Shown: piece by piece, positions 36,303 through 44,908 of the stretch | Layout of the letters: every line of letters starts with the position of its first letter | Position numbering within the stretch: the first letter of the stretch is position 1 | NCBI GenBank assembly: GCA_030040775.1 | Contig: JASHTB010000122.1 | Location: 1 to 46,072, forward strand | Origin: Thermoplasmata archaeon | GTDB taxonomy: Archaea > Thermoplasmatota > Thermoplasmata > Lutacidiplasmatales > UBA184 | DNA: 46,072 nt | Reading direction: 5' to 3' | Made by a program: the position numbers and the translations under genes | The notes under the pieces: generated by a model | Database searches by the model: none | Told to the model about the DNA's origin: nothing | What the model saw: the letters and a program-made list of their open reading frames with translations, nothing else

Positions 36303-36806
36303 ATGAGGGGTTGCGCCCCCAGGAAAGCTCGGTCCGTGGTCTCCGCCTCCAACCTGCTCGACGGGACCCTCGCGGCGACGGGACCCTCGAGCCGCGGTCC
36401 GGCCATCGTCTGCGGGTCGAACGAGGAGACCCGCCTCCTGCTCCACGGTCTTCTGCGACTGCATCGACACCCGGTGGCGCACGAGGCCGCGCGTCTCAGC
36501 GAGCTCGACCCTCTTCCGCCGACCGCGTCTCCTACGTTGCTCGTCTTCGACGCGGAGACCGAGAAAGGGGACTGGGCGGACGACCTCGCTCAGGTGCTGC
36601 GCCGACATCCCGAGCTTCGCGCGGTAGTGGTCTTACCGCGCGACCCGGGTCAGGCGGAGGAGAAGGCCCGGGCCGCCGGGGCGCGGGCGACCTTACGCCG
36701 GCCGTTCGCGATCCGTGAGTTCGTCTCGGCCCTTGAGCGCGTCCAGGAGGGCGGAACCCCGCCGCCGCCCCCGGCGGATTCGGCCAAGGCCGACTCCGCC
36801 CGCTAG
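36303..36806 (+). CDS. Degenerate stand-alone receiver (REC-like) domain protein
   Basis: AIVC..NEETRLLL..LL, PTLLVFDAE, HPELRAVVVL, ARAAGA...LRRPF...EF follows the CheY fold pattern. Start uncertain. Confidence 0.65.
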   Translation: MRGCAPRKARSVVSASNLLDGTLAATGPSSRGPAIVCGSNEETRLLLHGLLRLHRHPVAHEAARLSELDPLPPTASPTLLVFDAETEKGDWADDLAQVLRRHPELRAVVVLPRDPGQAEEKARAAGARATLRRPFAIREFVSALERVQEGGTPPPPPADSAKADSAR

Positions 36807-36835
36807 GGGTAAACTCCCTCGGGCCTCCCTTCGCC

Positions 36836-38332
36836 GTGGTGCCCTCGGTCGCCGCGTCGCTCCGAGAGGTCGTTCGCGGCTCGGTCCAGAGCGACCCGCG
36901 GGCACTTGAGCCGTTTCGGAGCGACCGTTCGCATCTGGTCGGCACCCCCTCGGCAGCAGTGGCCCCGCTGGACTCGGAGGACGTCGTCGCCCTCGTTCGG
37001 TGGGCGCGGCGCCACCGGGTCGGGCTCGTCCCTCGGGGAGGAGGGACCTCGCTCGACGGGGAGTCGTCGCCGCTCGACGGGAGCGTGGTGGTCGACTTCA
37101 CGGGCTGGAACTCCGTGCTCGAGGTCAGCCCGGACGAGCTCTGGGCGCGGGTCGGCCCGGGCATCGTCAACCTCGACCTCCAACGCATCCTGAGACCTCA
37201 CGGCGTGTTCTTTCCTCCGAATCCGGGCTCTTGGACGAGCGCCACTATCGGTGGGAACGTCGGGACGAACGCCTCGGGCCCCCGTTCGTTCCGCTACGGT
37301 CCGACGCGTCACTGGGTCCGGGCCGTCGAGGCCGTCCTCGGGACGGGCGAGCGCGTACGGCTCGGGAGCCTGGTCGCGAAACGGTCGGTCGGGCCGGACC
37401 TCCTCTCGCTCATCGTAGGGAGCGAGGGGACTCTCGCGGTCGTGACGGAGGTCACCGTGCGTCTGGCCCCGGTTCCAGCACGCCGGGAAGGCCTGGTCTT
37501 CCCCTTACCCGAGGGTCTTTCCCTGGGGGCGGTCGCCGTCCGATTACGCTCGACCGCGGAGACCGGCCTCTCGGCCGTGGAGTACCTCGACCGAGCGTCG
37601 GCCGAGACGCTCGCCGACCGTCGAGCGGTCGATTGGCCGACGGACTCCGCGCTCCTACTGCTCGAGGTCGAGGCGGCCGGAGAAGCCGAGGCGGCCCGCC
37701 GACGCGAGCGGCTCTTCGAGGTCGCGCGCTCGTGCGGGGTCTTAGGCCAGCCGGTCGTGGTGGCCGACGCGGATGCGCTTTGGACCCAGCGGGGCGAAAG
37801 CTCGGTCGCCCTCGACGAGCGAACCGGTCAGCGGATACGGGAGGACGTCGCCGTCCCGCTCGGGCGGATCGACGAGCTCCTCGCTCGGCTCGAGGGAATC
37901 GCCCGGGAGGCCCGGATCCCGTACTTTCTCTTCGGCCACCTCGGTGAGGGGAGTTTCCACCCGAACTACGCGTGCGACCCGGCGGGCCCCGTCGGGGACC
38001 GGGTTCGCCGTGCGGTCCTGAACGCCGCGCTTTCGCTCGGGGGAACGGTGAGCAGCGAGCACGGGATCGGCCGACTCAAGAGAGAGTTCCTCTCGCAGGA
38101 GCTCGGAGGAGTCGCGGTCGACCTCCTGGAGGAGGTGAAGCGTCGGTGCGACCCGGACGGGATCCTCAATCCCGGGAAGCTCTACCCACGGACGCGTCGG
38201 AAAGAAGGCGGACGACCTTCTCGGTCGCCTTCGGGATCGGCAGGCGGGCGAGCTCGCCCGCGGTCACCCAGCGACGGCCCGGCCGACGCCTTGGCTCACC
38301 GCGCCCGGCGAAGACATGGAGCTCCACCGTGA
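36836..38332 (+). CDS. FAD-linked oxidase (GlcD / D-lactate dehydrogenase family)
   Basis: PRGGGTSL.G, PNPGS...ATIGGNVGTNASG, GSEGTLAVVTE, REDVAVP, FGHLGEG..H, SEHGIG, DPDGILNPGK. Confidence 0.92.
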   Translation: MVPSVAASLREVVRGSVQSDPRALEPFRSDRSHLVGTPSAAVAPLDSEDVVALVRWARRHRVGLVPRGGGTSLDGESSPLDGSVVVDFTGWNSVLEVSPDELWARVGPGIVNLDLQRILRPHGVFFPPNPGSWTSATIGGNVGTNASGPRSFRYGPTRHWVRAVEAVLGTGERVRLGSLVAKRSVGPDLLSLIVGSEGTLAVVTEVTVRLAPVPARREGLVFPLPEGLSLGAVAVRLRSTAETGLSAVEYLDRASAETLADRRAVDWPTDSALLLLEVEAAGEAEAARRRERLFEVARSCGVLGQPVVVADADALWTQRGESSVALDERTGQRIREDVAVPLGRIDELLARLEGIAREARIPYFLFGHLGEGSFHPNYACDPAGPVGDRVRRAVLNAALSLGGTVSSEHGIGRLKREFLSQELGGVAVDLLEEVKRRCDPDGILNPGKLYPRTRRKEGGRPSRSPSGSAGGRARPRSPSDGPADALAHRARRRHGAPP

Positions 38333-39275
38333 AGTGGCTGTAGGCGTGCCGCACGACACCGACCGGGGAGAGGCGGACGCTCCGCAGACCGGTCTCCTCC
38401 TTAAGTTCCCGCAGCGCCGCTTCCCGAGCTGATTCCCGTTTCGCGATCTTCCCCCCCGGAAACTCCCAAAGGCCTCCGAGGAGGCCCGTCGTCGGCCGCC
38501 GCTGGACGAACCAGCGGTTCTGTCGGTTCCTGAGGACCACGACCGACGCGCGGACGTGGGGACGTCGACGGGGCGCCGGCCGGCGGGGGAGGACCGCGGG
38601 GTCATCCAGTTCCGTGTAGGCTCGGCAGGCGAACGAGACCGGGCAGGCCTTGCAGCGCGGGTCGGCGGGGAGGCAGACCGTCTCCCCGAGCTCCATGATC
38701 GCCTCGGCGAACGGACCGGCCGGCCGCTTCCCTAGCGCCTCGGAGAGCGCCTGCTCGAGACGGGCGTGAACGCTTCTTCGGCGGACGTCCCCCTCCTCCC
38801 GGGTCCATCGAGCGGCGACCCTGAGCCCGTTCGCCTCGAGGGGGATCGCCCGCGCGCCGAAGGCAAGGGCGGCGATTGCGCGGGCGCTGTAACGTCCAAC
38901 GCCGGGGAGCTTTTCGAGTTCGCCTACCGTTCTCGGCAGCCGGCCGCCGGACTTCGCGACGAGCTCGCGGGCGGCCGTATGGAGATGGCGCGCCCGAGCG
39001 TAGTAGCCCGCTCCCTGCCAGACCTTGAGCACGCGCTCGAGCGGAGCTTCCGCGAGAGAGACGACCGTGGGAAACTCGCGGAGGAACCGCTCGTAGTACG
39101 GGGCCGCCTGCGCGACGCGGGTCTGCTGGAGGAGGACCTCGGCGACCCAGATGTGGTACGGGTCCCGGTCCGTTCGCCAGGGGAGCGGACGGCGTTGGCG
39201 GGCGAACCAATCGACGAGCGTCGGAACGAGTGTCGGCGGTAATGACGACGCCGGTCGGTTCGAGCGGTTCGGCAC
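38166..39275 (-). CDS. mutY: A/G-specific adenine glycosylase with C-terminal Nudix domain
   Basis: RPLPWR, PY.IWVAEVLLQQT, WQGAGYYARAR.LH, LPGVGRY, MELGETVCLP..PRCKACPV...C (Fe-S), GLLGGLWEFPGG, HAYSHF. Confidence 0.93.
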   Translation of the reverse strand: MPNRSNRPASSLPPTLVPTLVDWFARQRRPLPWRTDRDPYHIWVAEVLLQQTRVAQAAPYYERFLREFPTVVSLAEAPLERVLKVWQGAGYYARARHLHTAARELVAKSGGRLPRTVGELEKLPGVGRYSARAIAALAFGARAIPLEANGLRVAARWTREEGDVRRRSVHARLEQALSEALGKRPAGPFAEAIMELGETVCLPADPRCKACPVSFACRAYTELDDPAVLPRRPAPRRRPHVRASVVVLRNRQNRWFVQRRPTTGLLGGLWEFPGGKIAKRESAREAALRELKEETGLRSVRLSPVGVVRHAYSHFTVELHVFAGRGEPRRRPGRRWVTAGELARLPIPKATEKVVRLLSDASVGRASRD

Positions 39276-39302
39276 GGAGGTTCCCGTGCGCGAGGAGGCC
39301 TA

Positions 39303-39312
39303 GCTTTAAAGC
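39303..39312. promoter_or_regulatory. Palindromic TATA-like box between divergent mutY and thioredoxin
   Basis: GCTTTAAAGC perfect palindrome, ~30 nt from the mutY GTG (39275) and ~37 nt from the thioredoxin GTG (39347). Confidence 0.55.
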
Positions 39313-39346
39313 ACAGGGGGAAAACGGAGCCGCCCGGGGGTCCGGC

Positions 39347-39694
39347 GTGGGGGTCGCTTTCGCTCCAGTCCGGGTCACCGACGCGACGTTCGACCAGGTC
39401 GTGGTCCGTTCGCCGCTCCCGGTGGTCCTCGATTTCACGGCCTCCTGGTGCGTCCCGTGCCGGGGCCTGCGTCCGACCCTCGAAGATCTCTCGCAGAAGC
39501 TCGCCGGGCGCGTGACGTTCGCGACCGCGGACGTCGACGATGCCGCCGGGGTGACCCGTTCTTACGGCATCCTCGCGCTGCCGACCTATCTCTTTCTTGA
39601 AAACGGTCGGGAGAAAGGTCGGGCGGTCGGCCCGCTGGACGCGGTCGCGTTCCGTTGGAACCTGCGCCGGCACTTCGTCGCCGCGCGGCGTTAG
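39347..39694 (+). CDS. trxA: Thioredoxin
   Basis: VTDATFD..V..S.LPVVLDF.ASWCVPC, DVD, YGI.ALPT. Start estimated. Confidence 0.9.
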   Translation: MGVAFAPVRVTDATFDQVVVRSPLPVVLDFTASWCVPCRGLRPTLEDLSQKLAGRVTFATADVDDAAGVTRSYGILALPTYLFLENGREKGRAVGPLDAVAFRWNLRRHFVAARR

Positions 39695-40137
39695 ACCTCG
39701 AGCTCGTAGTGGACGACGCCGCGGTACCGCTGGAAGCCGAAGCTCTCGTAGAGTCTTCGCGCGACGGAGTTCGTCTCGTCGGTATCGACGAAGAGCTGGC
39801 GGATCCCGCGGGCCTGCGCGTCCCCTACGAACCGCTCGATGAGCCGTCGTGCGAGCCCCCGGCCCCGGAACTCGGCCTTCACGTGGAGTTCCTGGAGGTA
39901 AGCGAACCGCTGGAGCCCAGGTCGGAAGTAGGGACTCTGGCCCTCGAACCAGTAGAGGAAGCCGGCGTACTCGCTGTCCACCTCGGCGATCAGGAGCCCG
40001 TCGATCGGAATTCGAGCCAAGCGCTCCGCGCTTCCGAACGGGTCCCACGGAGTGTCCTCGTGGGCGTAGTGCTCGGCGACCCGCTCGAGGTCGGCCGGCG
40101 TTCCGGCCCGCACGGTTTCGGCGACCGTTGCACTCAT
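39691..40137 (-). CDS. GNAT-family N-acetyltransferase
   Basis: LHV...FRGRGLAR.LI, NSVARRLYESFGF. Confidence 0.88.
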   Translation of the reverse strand: MSATVAETVRAGTPADLERVAEHYAHEDTPWDPFGSAERLARIPIDGLLIAEVDSEYAGFLYWFEGQSPYFRPGLQRFAYLQELHVKAEFRGRGLARRLIERFVGDAQARGIRQLFVDTDETNSVARRLYESFGFQRYRGVVHYELEV

Positions 40138-40295
40138 CGGCTGCTTCCCGGACTCCGAGGACCCAAGGCCCGCCCGGATGACCCGACCCACGCTACTCTG
40201 CACGGTGTATTTCTCCTCCTTGGTAACGTGAGCGAATCGGCTCGAACGAACCGTTGCCCTGGACCTTTATCCTCCTCCCTCCTCGGGCCCTCGTG

Positions 40296-40991
40296 ATGCC
40301 CGTCCGAGTCGTCTTCTTCGACTGGGGCGGCACCCTCAACCGAACCTGGAGTGACGACGGTCGCCCTCCGGCGGAGTTCTGGCAGGCGATCTTGGCCCGG
40401 CACAGGGTCCGCTTGGATCCGGTCGCCGTCCGCCACGCGCTCGAGGAGACCGACCGCGAACTCGATGCTCGGATCTACGAGTACCTCGGAAGAACACCGG
40501 AGTTCTGGCACCTTTACGACGACCGCGTTCTCGACCGGCTCGGGCTCCGCGACGAACGCGAGGTCCTCGCCCCGGCGCTCGAGCGTTCCTTTCGGGAGGC
40601 CGCGCGTGGCGAGCTTTATCCGGACAGCGTCCCGACGCTCACCGAGCTTCGAGGCCGTGGACTGACGCTCGGGATCATATCGAACAACAACGACGAGCTC
40701 CTCGAGGTTCTCCGATACCATCGTCTTCATCGATTCTTCGAGACCGTGACGTACTCCCAGGAGGTCGGAGCGGAGAAGCCGGACCGCCGGGTGTTCGACC
40801 TCGCGCTGACCCGCGCGCACTGTACCCCCCACGAGGCGGTCTACGTCGGGAACTCGTGGGAGGCGGACTATCTCGGGGCACGAGGGGTGGGGATGCGCGC
40901 GATCTGGCTGAACCGCCTGCGCGTGCCGCCGCCCGCCCCGTGCGAGTCCGTGAGCGAACTTCGCGAGGTTACGGCGCTGCTCTCGCGCTGA
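40296..40991 (+). CDS. HAD-superfamily hydrolase (subfamily IA)
   Basis: FFDWGGTL, IISN, EKPD..VF, YVGNSWEAD..GA..VGM; CTTTAT box ~27 nt upstream. Confidence 0.9.
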   Translation: MPVRVVFFDWGGTLNRTWSDDGRPPAEFWQAILARHRVRLDPVAVRHALEETDRELDARIYEYLGRTPEFWHLYDDRVLDRLGLRDEREVLAPALERSFREAARGELYPDSVPTLTELRGRGLTLGIISNNNDELLEVLRYHRLHRFFETVTYSQEVGAEKPDRRVFDLALTRAHCTPHEAVYVGNSWEADYLGARGVGMRAIWLNRLRVPPPAPCESVSELREVTALLSR

Positions 40992-41037
40992 CCCAAGGCT
41001 CACCGCGCTTCGCGCGGCGAAGCGCCGCTCCACGCTG

Positions 41038-42606
41038 TCAGTGGCGAAAGACCCGCCAACCGGTGAGGTACATCGCGATCTTGGCCTGTTCTGCGGTCGC
41101 GATCACTTCGGGGTCGCGCAGGCTCCCGCCCGGCTGGACGATCGCTCGGACCCCCGCCTTCGCCGCCACCTCGACCCCGTCGGAGAACGGAAAGAAGGCG
41201 TCCGAGGCGAGCACCGCTCCGCGGGCGCGTTCGCCCGCGACCTCGCAGGCGAGCTCCACCGCCTTCACTCGCGTCGGTTGGCCCGAGCCGACCCCGACCG
41301 TTTCGGACCCCTGGGACAGCACGATCGCGTTCGACTTCGCGTGGCGCACGACCTTCCAGGCGAACTCGAGCGAGGCGAGCTCCTCCGCGCTCGCCCCCCT
41401 CGAGGTCACCAGGCGAAGCTCGGAGGGGAGAAGCGCCCTTCGGTCGGACTCCTGGACGAGGAGCCGGCCGAGGGCGCTCTTCGCGTCCCAGCGGGATTGC
41501 TCGCGAGACGGGGGAGCGGTGCGGACGAGCTTGATCTTCGGCCGGTGTCCGAGCGGCTCGAGCGACGCGGGTTCGAACTCGGGCGCGACCAGGAGGTCGA
41601 CGAAGACCCCCTTGAGGGCCGCCGGGTCGGCCGGACCGAACGAGCGGTTGACCGCGACCACGCAGCCGTAGCGGGCGACCGGGTCGGTCGCGATGGCACG
41701 CTCGAGGGCCTTCGCGAGCGTCGGGGCCGAGGCGACCCCACAGGGCGTCGCGTGCTTCACCACGGCCGCCGCGGGCTCGGAGAACTCCGCGACGAGACCG
41801 AGGGCGGTGTCGAGGTCGAGCAGGTTCGTGAACGAGAGGGTCTCGCCCTTCACGACCGCGAACGGGGCCGGTGTGAACCCCGCTCCCGCCGGGCTCACCG
41901 CCGCATACGTCGCCGCACTCTGGTGCGGGTTCTCCCCGTAGCGAAGCTTGAGCGGCTCTCGGCGAAAGACGATCTCTTCCGGGAACTTCTCCGCCCGGCC
42001 GGTGCGTAGGCCGAGGCCGCGGGCGATCGCCGCGTCGTACTCGGTGCACCGCTCGAACGCTCGGACCGCGAGGCGCTGCCGGGTCGCGGCCGAGACGGTG
42101 CCTCCGTTCCCCCGCAGCTCCTCCAATAGCGGGGAGTACTCGGCCGGCTCGGTCACGACCGTCACCCACTCGTGGTTCTTCGCCGCGGCCCGCACGAGCG
42201 TGACCCCCCCGATGTCGATGTACTCCTCCCGGTCCCGTGCGTCGGGGTGCTCGGCCAGGTGCTTCTCGAACGGGTAGAAGTTCACGACCACGAGGTCGAA
42301 CGGAAGGAGCCGCCGCTCAGAGAGCTCTCGAAGACCGGCCTCGGTCCGGGGGGCAAGAACGCCGCCGAGAACCCCGGGATGCAGGGTCTTGACCCGGCCT
42401 CCGAACCACGCGGCGACCCCGGTGAGCTCTTCGACCGGCCGGACCGCGACCTGGCCCTCCACGAGCAGTCGGCGGGTGCCGCTGGTCGCCCAGAGCTCGA
42501 CGCCGAGAGCCGACAGGCCGCGCGCGAGGCCGGGGAGCCCGGATTTATCGTCGACCGAGAGCAGCGCCCGCTCTATCCGGGTCGACGAACCCTCGCTGGA
42601 CGCCAC
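41038..42606 (-). CDS. purH: Bifunctional AICAR transformylase / IMP cyclohydrolase
   Basis: RALLSV.DK, TSGT, GGRVKTLHP, VVNFYPF, IDIGG..LVRAAAKN, LRYGENPHQ, KHATPCG, KSNAIV, ASDAFFPF, QPGGSLRD, R.FRH. Confidence 0.97.
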   Translation of the reverse strand: MASSEGSSTRIERALLSVDDKSGLPGLARGLSALGVELWATSGTRRLLVEGQVAVRPVEELTGVAAWFGGRVKTLHPGVLGGVLAPRTEAGLRELSERRLLPFDLVVVNFYPFEKHLAEHPDARDREEYIDIGGVTLVRAAAKNHEWVTVVTEPAEYSPLLEELRGNGGTVSAATRQRLAVRAFERCTEYDAAIARGLGLRTGRAEKFPEEIVFRREPLKLRYGENPHQSAATYAAVSPAGAGFTPAPFAVVKGETLSFTNLLDLDTALGLVAEFSEPAAAVVKHATPCGVASAPTLAKALERAIATDPVARYGCVVAVNRSFGPADPAALKGVFVDLLVAPEFEPASLEPLGHRPKIKLVRTAPPSREQSRWDAKSALGRLLVQESDRRALLPSELRLVTSRGASAEELASLEFAWKVVRHAKSNAIVLSQGSETVGVGSGQPTRVKAVELACEVAGERARGAVLASDAFFPFSDGVEVAAKAGVRAIVQPGGSLRDPEVIATAEQAKIAMYLTGWRVFRH

Positions 42607-42908
42607 GCGCCCGTACCCCCGACCGGGAGGGAGGGGGAGAGATAAGATTCGCGGAGCCCGGGAACGGAAACTTTCGAGAGAACCCGTCGCCGCTCAGGGG
42701 GCGAGAGACCATACGCATAAATACGGCGGTCCGGCCTAGTTGTTTCTCACCTACGAGGTCGATGTCTCGCGAACACGTCCCGCCCTCGTCCGTGGTGAGG
42801 GGGGCCCGCCGAATTCGCGTCGCGCGAAACCCCATGGCGCGGCCGGTCCGCCTCGGGATTCACGGTGCATGGGAGCGAGGTGTGAACGCTTCGCATCGGC
42901 CGAACGGG

Positions 42909-44546
42909 ATGGCCCCCGTCCACCGTCCGCGGCGCTGGCGTCGGGGGGGCCGTCGGGCGCAGGTAGCACCGGTCGCGACGATTCTGGGACTCCTGTTGGT
43001 CGTGACGTTTATCGCGAACTACCTGACGACGACCCTGCCCGGACAGATGTCGGCGAACGACCTCAACCACGAGACCCAGGTCGAGAACCAAATCGGAACT
43101 CTATCGGCCCTTCTCACGGCGGTGTCGCTCAGAGATATTCAGGGCGCCGAGGTCTCCCAGACGATCACCCTGGGAACGAGTGCGACCCCGCCCTTTGCCG
43201 GCTCGGACTCCTCCACGCTGTCCCGGGGAAACATGAGCGGCCGGTTCACGGTTAACTTCCCCGAGCTGCAGCCTCTTGCGTACAATCCTCCGAATGCTGG
43301 ACCGGAGACCGGTGACACGCACTACGGTACCTGTGCCCCTGGACCACCGGCCACCAGCGTCACCTGCTCGAGCCCCTATGTTATCCTGTGGAATTACACG
43401 GGGGCCCTAGCGAATCAGGCTTCGTACATGTTCTCAATTTCCGGGTCGGGCCTGGTCCAAGTCCACATCATCGCGAACGGCTCCACCATCCAGATTACCG
43501 GGAGCTCGACCGCGACGATCAACCTCCTCGTGGAGGGGAACAACAACGGGATTACGGTCGTCACCTCGAGCGTTCCCGAGAACATCACGATCATCGGGAA
43601 CGGCAACACGCTCACATTCACCGGGAGTGCCAGCGGTCCCGAGAAGGTCCTGATCGTCGGGAACTCCGACACGGTCTCGAACCCCTCCGTCAGCTCGTCC
43701 ACGGAGATCGTGTCGTTCTACGGGTCGTACGATGCGTTCAATCCGGGGACCGTGTCGAGTTCCACCTACTCGGTTTACTTCAACGGGTTCAATCCCTCAT
43801 CCCCCACGGCGACGTGTCCGGTCGATAATCTCTCCCAGTCGGACTCGGTCCGAGCGCCGGTCGGTTCCTCTTCGACGCTGAAGGTCAACTACAACAACAC
43901 CGTCTACACGGGAAGCGGCACGGGGACGAACGGAACGGGAGTCCAGTGGGGGATCACCTACAAGATCCCGTCGCCCTTGAACTCGTGCCCGTTCTACTCC
44001 CAGCTCACCCAGACCGTCGCGAACACCGGCATGAGCGGGGCCTCGCTCCTTCTCTACGCGGCGAACACGTACGCCGCCGCGGCCGACATCGCCTACGACC
44101 AGGGAGCGGTCGTGTTCGCGGAACCCGGTGGATTACCGATCCTGGTCGACCCTCCGAAGATCTCGTTCGCGAACGGTTCCCTCTCTGTCTGGGTGCCGTC
44201 GTTCCAAACGCTTCAAGGCTTCGTACCGGCGGAAGCGGGCACCGGCGCGGCGGCCGTGTACGCCCGTCTCCTCTCGCTGAACTCGATCTCCCTTCCCACC
44301 GGCAACTTCTCCGTCCCGAGCGGGTCGACGGTCACGCTCACGGTCGTCACGCCGTTCCCCGCCGCATGGATCGCGTTCTTCAACTCGATCCACAGCCTCT
44401 ATGGTCTCGCCACCTGCTCGGGGGTGAGGAGCGTCTGCTCGGCCAACTTCCAGCCGGGCGGTCCGGCCGCCACCGTGTCGATCGCGATTCCGGGCGTGAG
44501 CTCAATCACGGTCAGGTACGCGACGTTCTCGGTCTCGTTCGACTAG
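42909..44546 (+). CDS. Large archaeal type IV pilin-like / adhesin protein with class III signal peptide
   Basis: Basic leader RRGGRRA|QVAPVATILGLLLVVTFIANYL matches a PibD/FlaK cleavage site; S/T/N/G-rich body; NTY....IAYDQGAV motif. Start uncertain (42762, 42834 or 42909). Confidence 0.8.
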   Translation: MAPVHRPRRWRRGGRRAQVAPVATILGLLLVVTFIANYLTTTLPGQMSANDLNHETQVENQIGTLSALLTAVSLRDIQGAEVSQTITLGTSATPPFAGSDSSTLSRGNMSGRFTVNFPELQPLAYNPPNAGPETGDTHYGTCAPGPPATSVTCSSPYVILWNYTGALANQASYMFSISGSGLVQVHIIANGSTIQITGSSTATINLLVEGNNNGITVVTSSVPENITIIGNGNTLTFTGSASGPEKVLIVGNSDTVSNPSVSSSTEIVSFYGSYDAFNPGTVSSSTYSVYFNGFNPSSPTATCPVDNLSQSDSVRAPVGSSSTLKVNYNNTVYTGSGTGTNGTGVQWGITYKIPSPLNSCPFYSQLTQTVANTGMSGASLLLYAANTYAAAADIAYDQGAVVFAEPGGLPILVDPPKISFANGSLSVWVPSFQTLQGFVPAEAGTGAAAVYARLLSLNSISLPTGNFSVPSGSTVTLTVVTPFPAAWIAFFNSIHSLYGLATCSGVRSVCSANFQPGGPAATVSIAIPGVSSITVRYATFSVSFD

Positions 44547-44908
44547 GTCGACCGACGCGCCGCGTTTCCCTCTCGCTTCCGTAGCCAGGCCTTGGCGCCG
44601 ACCAGTGTGCCCCACGTGCGTCGGGTCGTCGCCCGTGACCTCTCCCCCGGCGGGCCGGGCTCGGCGAACGCAGCCCGGACCGCCGCGGTCTCGAGGTGAC
44701 CGACCTCGATGACCGCCCGTCGCCCGTCGGTGCGGATCAATCGAAACTCAAGCCGTTCGAGCCCCGAGCGGTCGAGGTGTTCCCTGAGAAGGTTCTCCCA
44801 CTCGCGAGAGGAAGACGGAAACGGTTCCCCCACCACCTCGAGACCGAGGTAGCGGGGACGTGCCGAGCGGTGCCTACCGGACGAGGTCGATGACTTCCTC
44901 GGACTCAC
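44543..44908 (-). CDS. RNase P protein Pop5/Rpp14-like
   Basis: RPRYLGLEV near the N-terminus and TRRTWGTLVGAK near the C-terminus, resembling the Pop5 R.RY and SGT..K motifs; overlaps the 3' end of ftsZ. Confidence 0.7.
   Translation of the reverse strand: MSPRKSSTSSGRHRSARPRYLGLEVVGEPFPSSSREWENLLREHLDRSGLERLEFRLIRTDGRRAVIEVGHLETAAVRAAFAEPGPPGERSRATTRRTWGTLVGAKAWLRKREGNAARRST

Noticed and set aside
41038..42606. Bacterial-type bifunctional PurH as a novelty in an archaeon
   Set aside because: PurH is already known in several archaeal groups and is consistent with folate-dependent GlyA and split MetE here.
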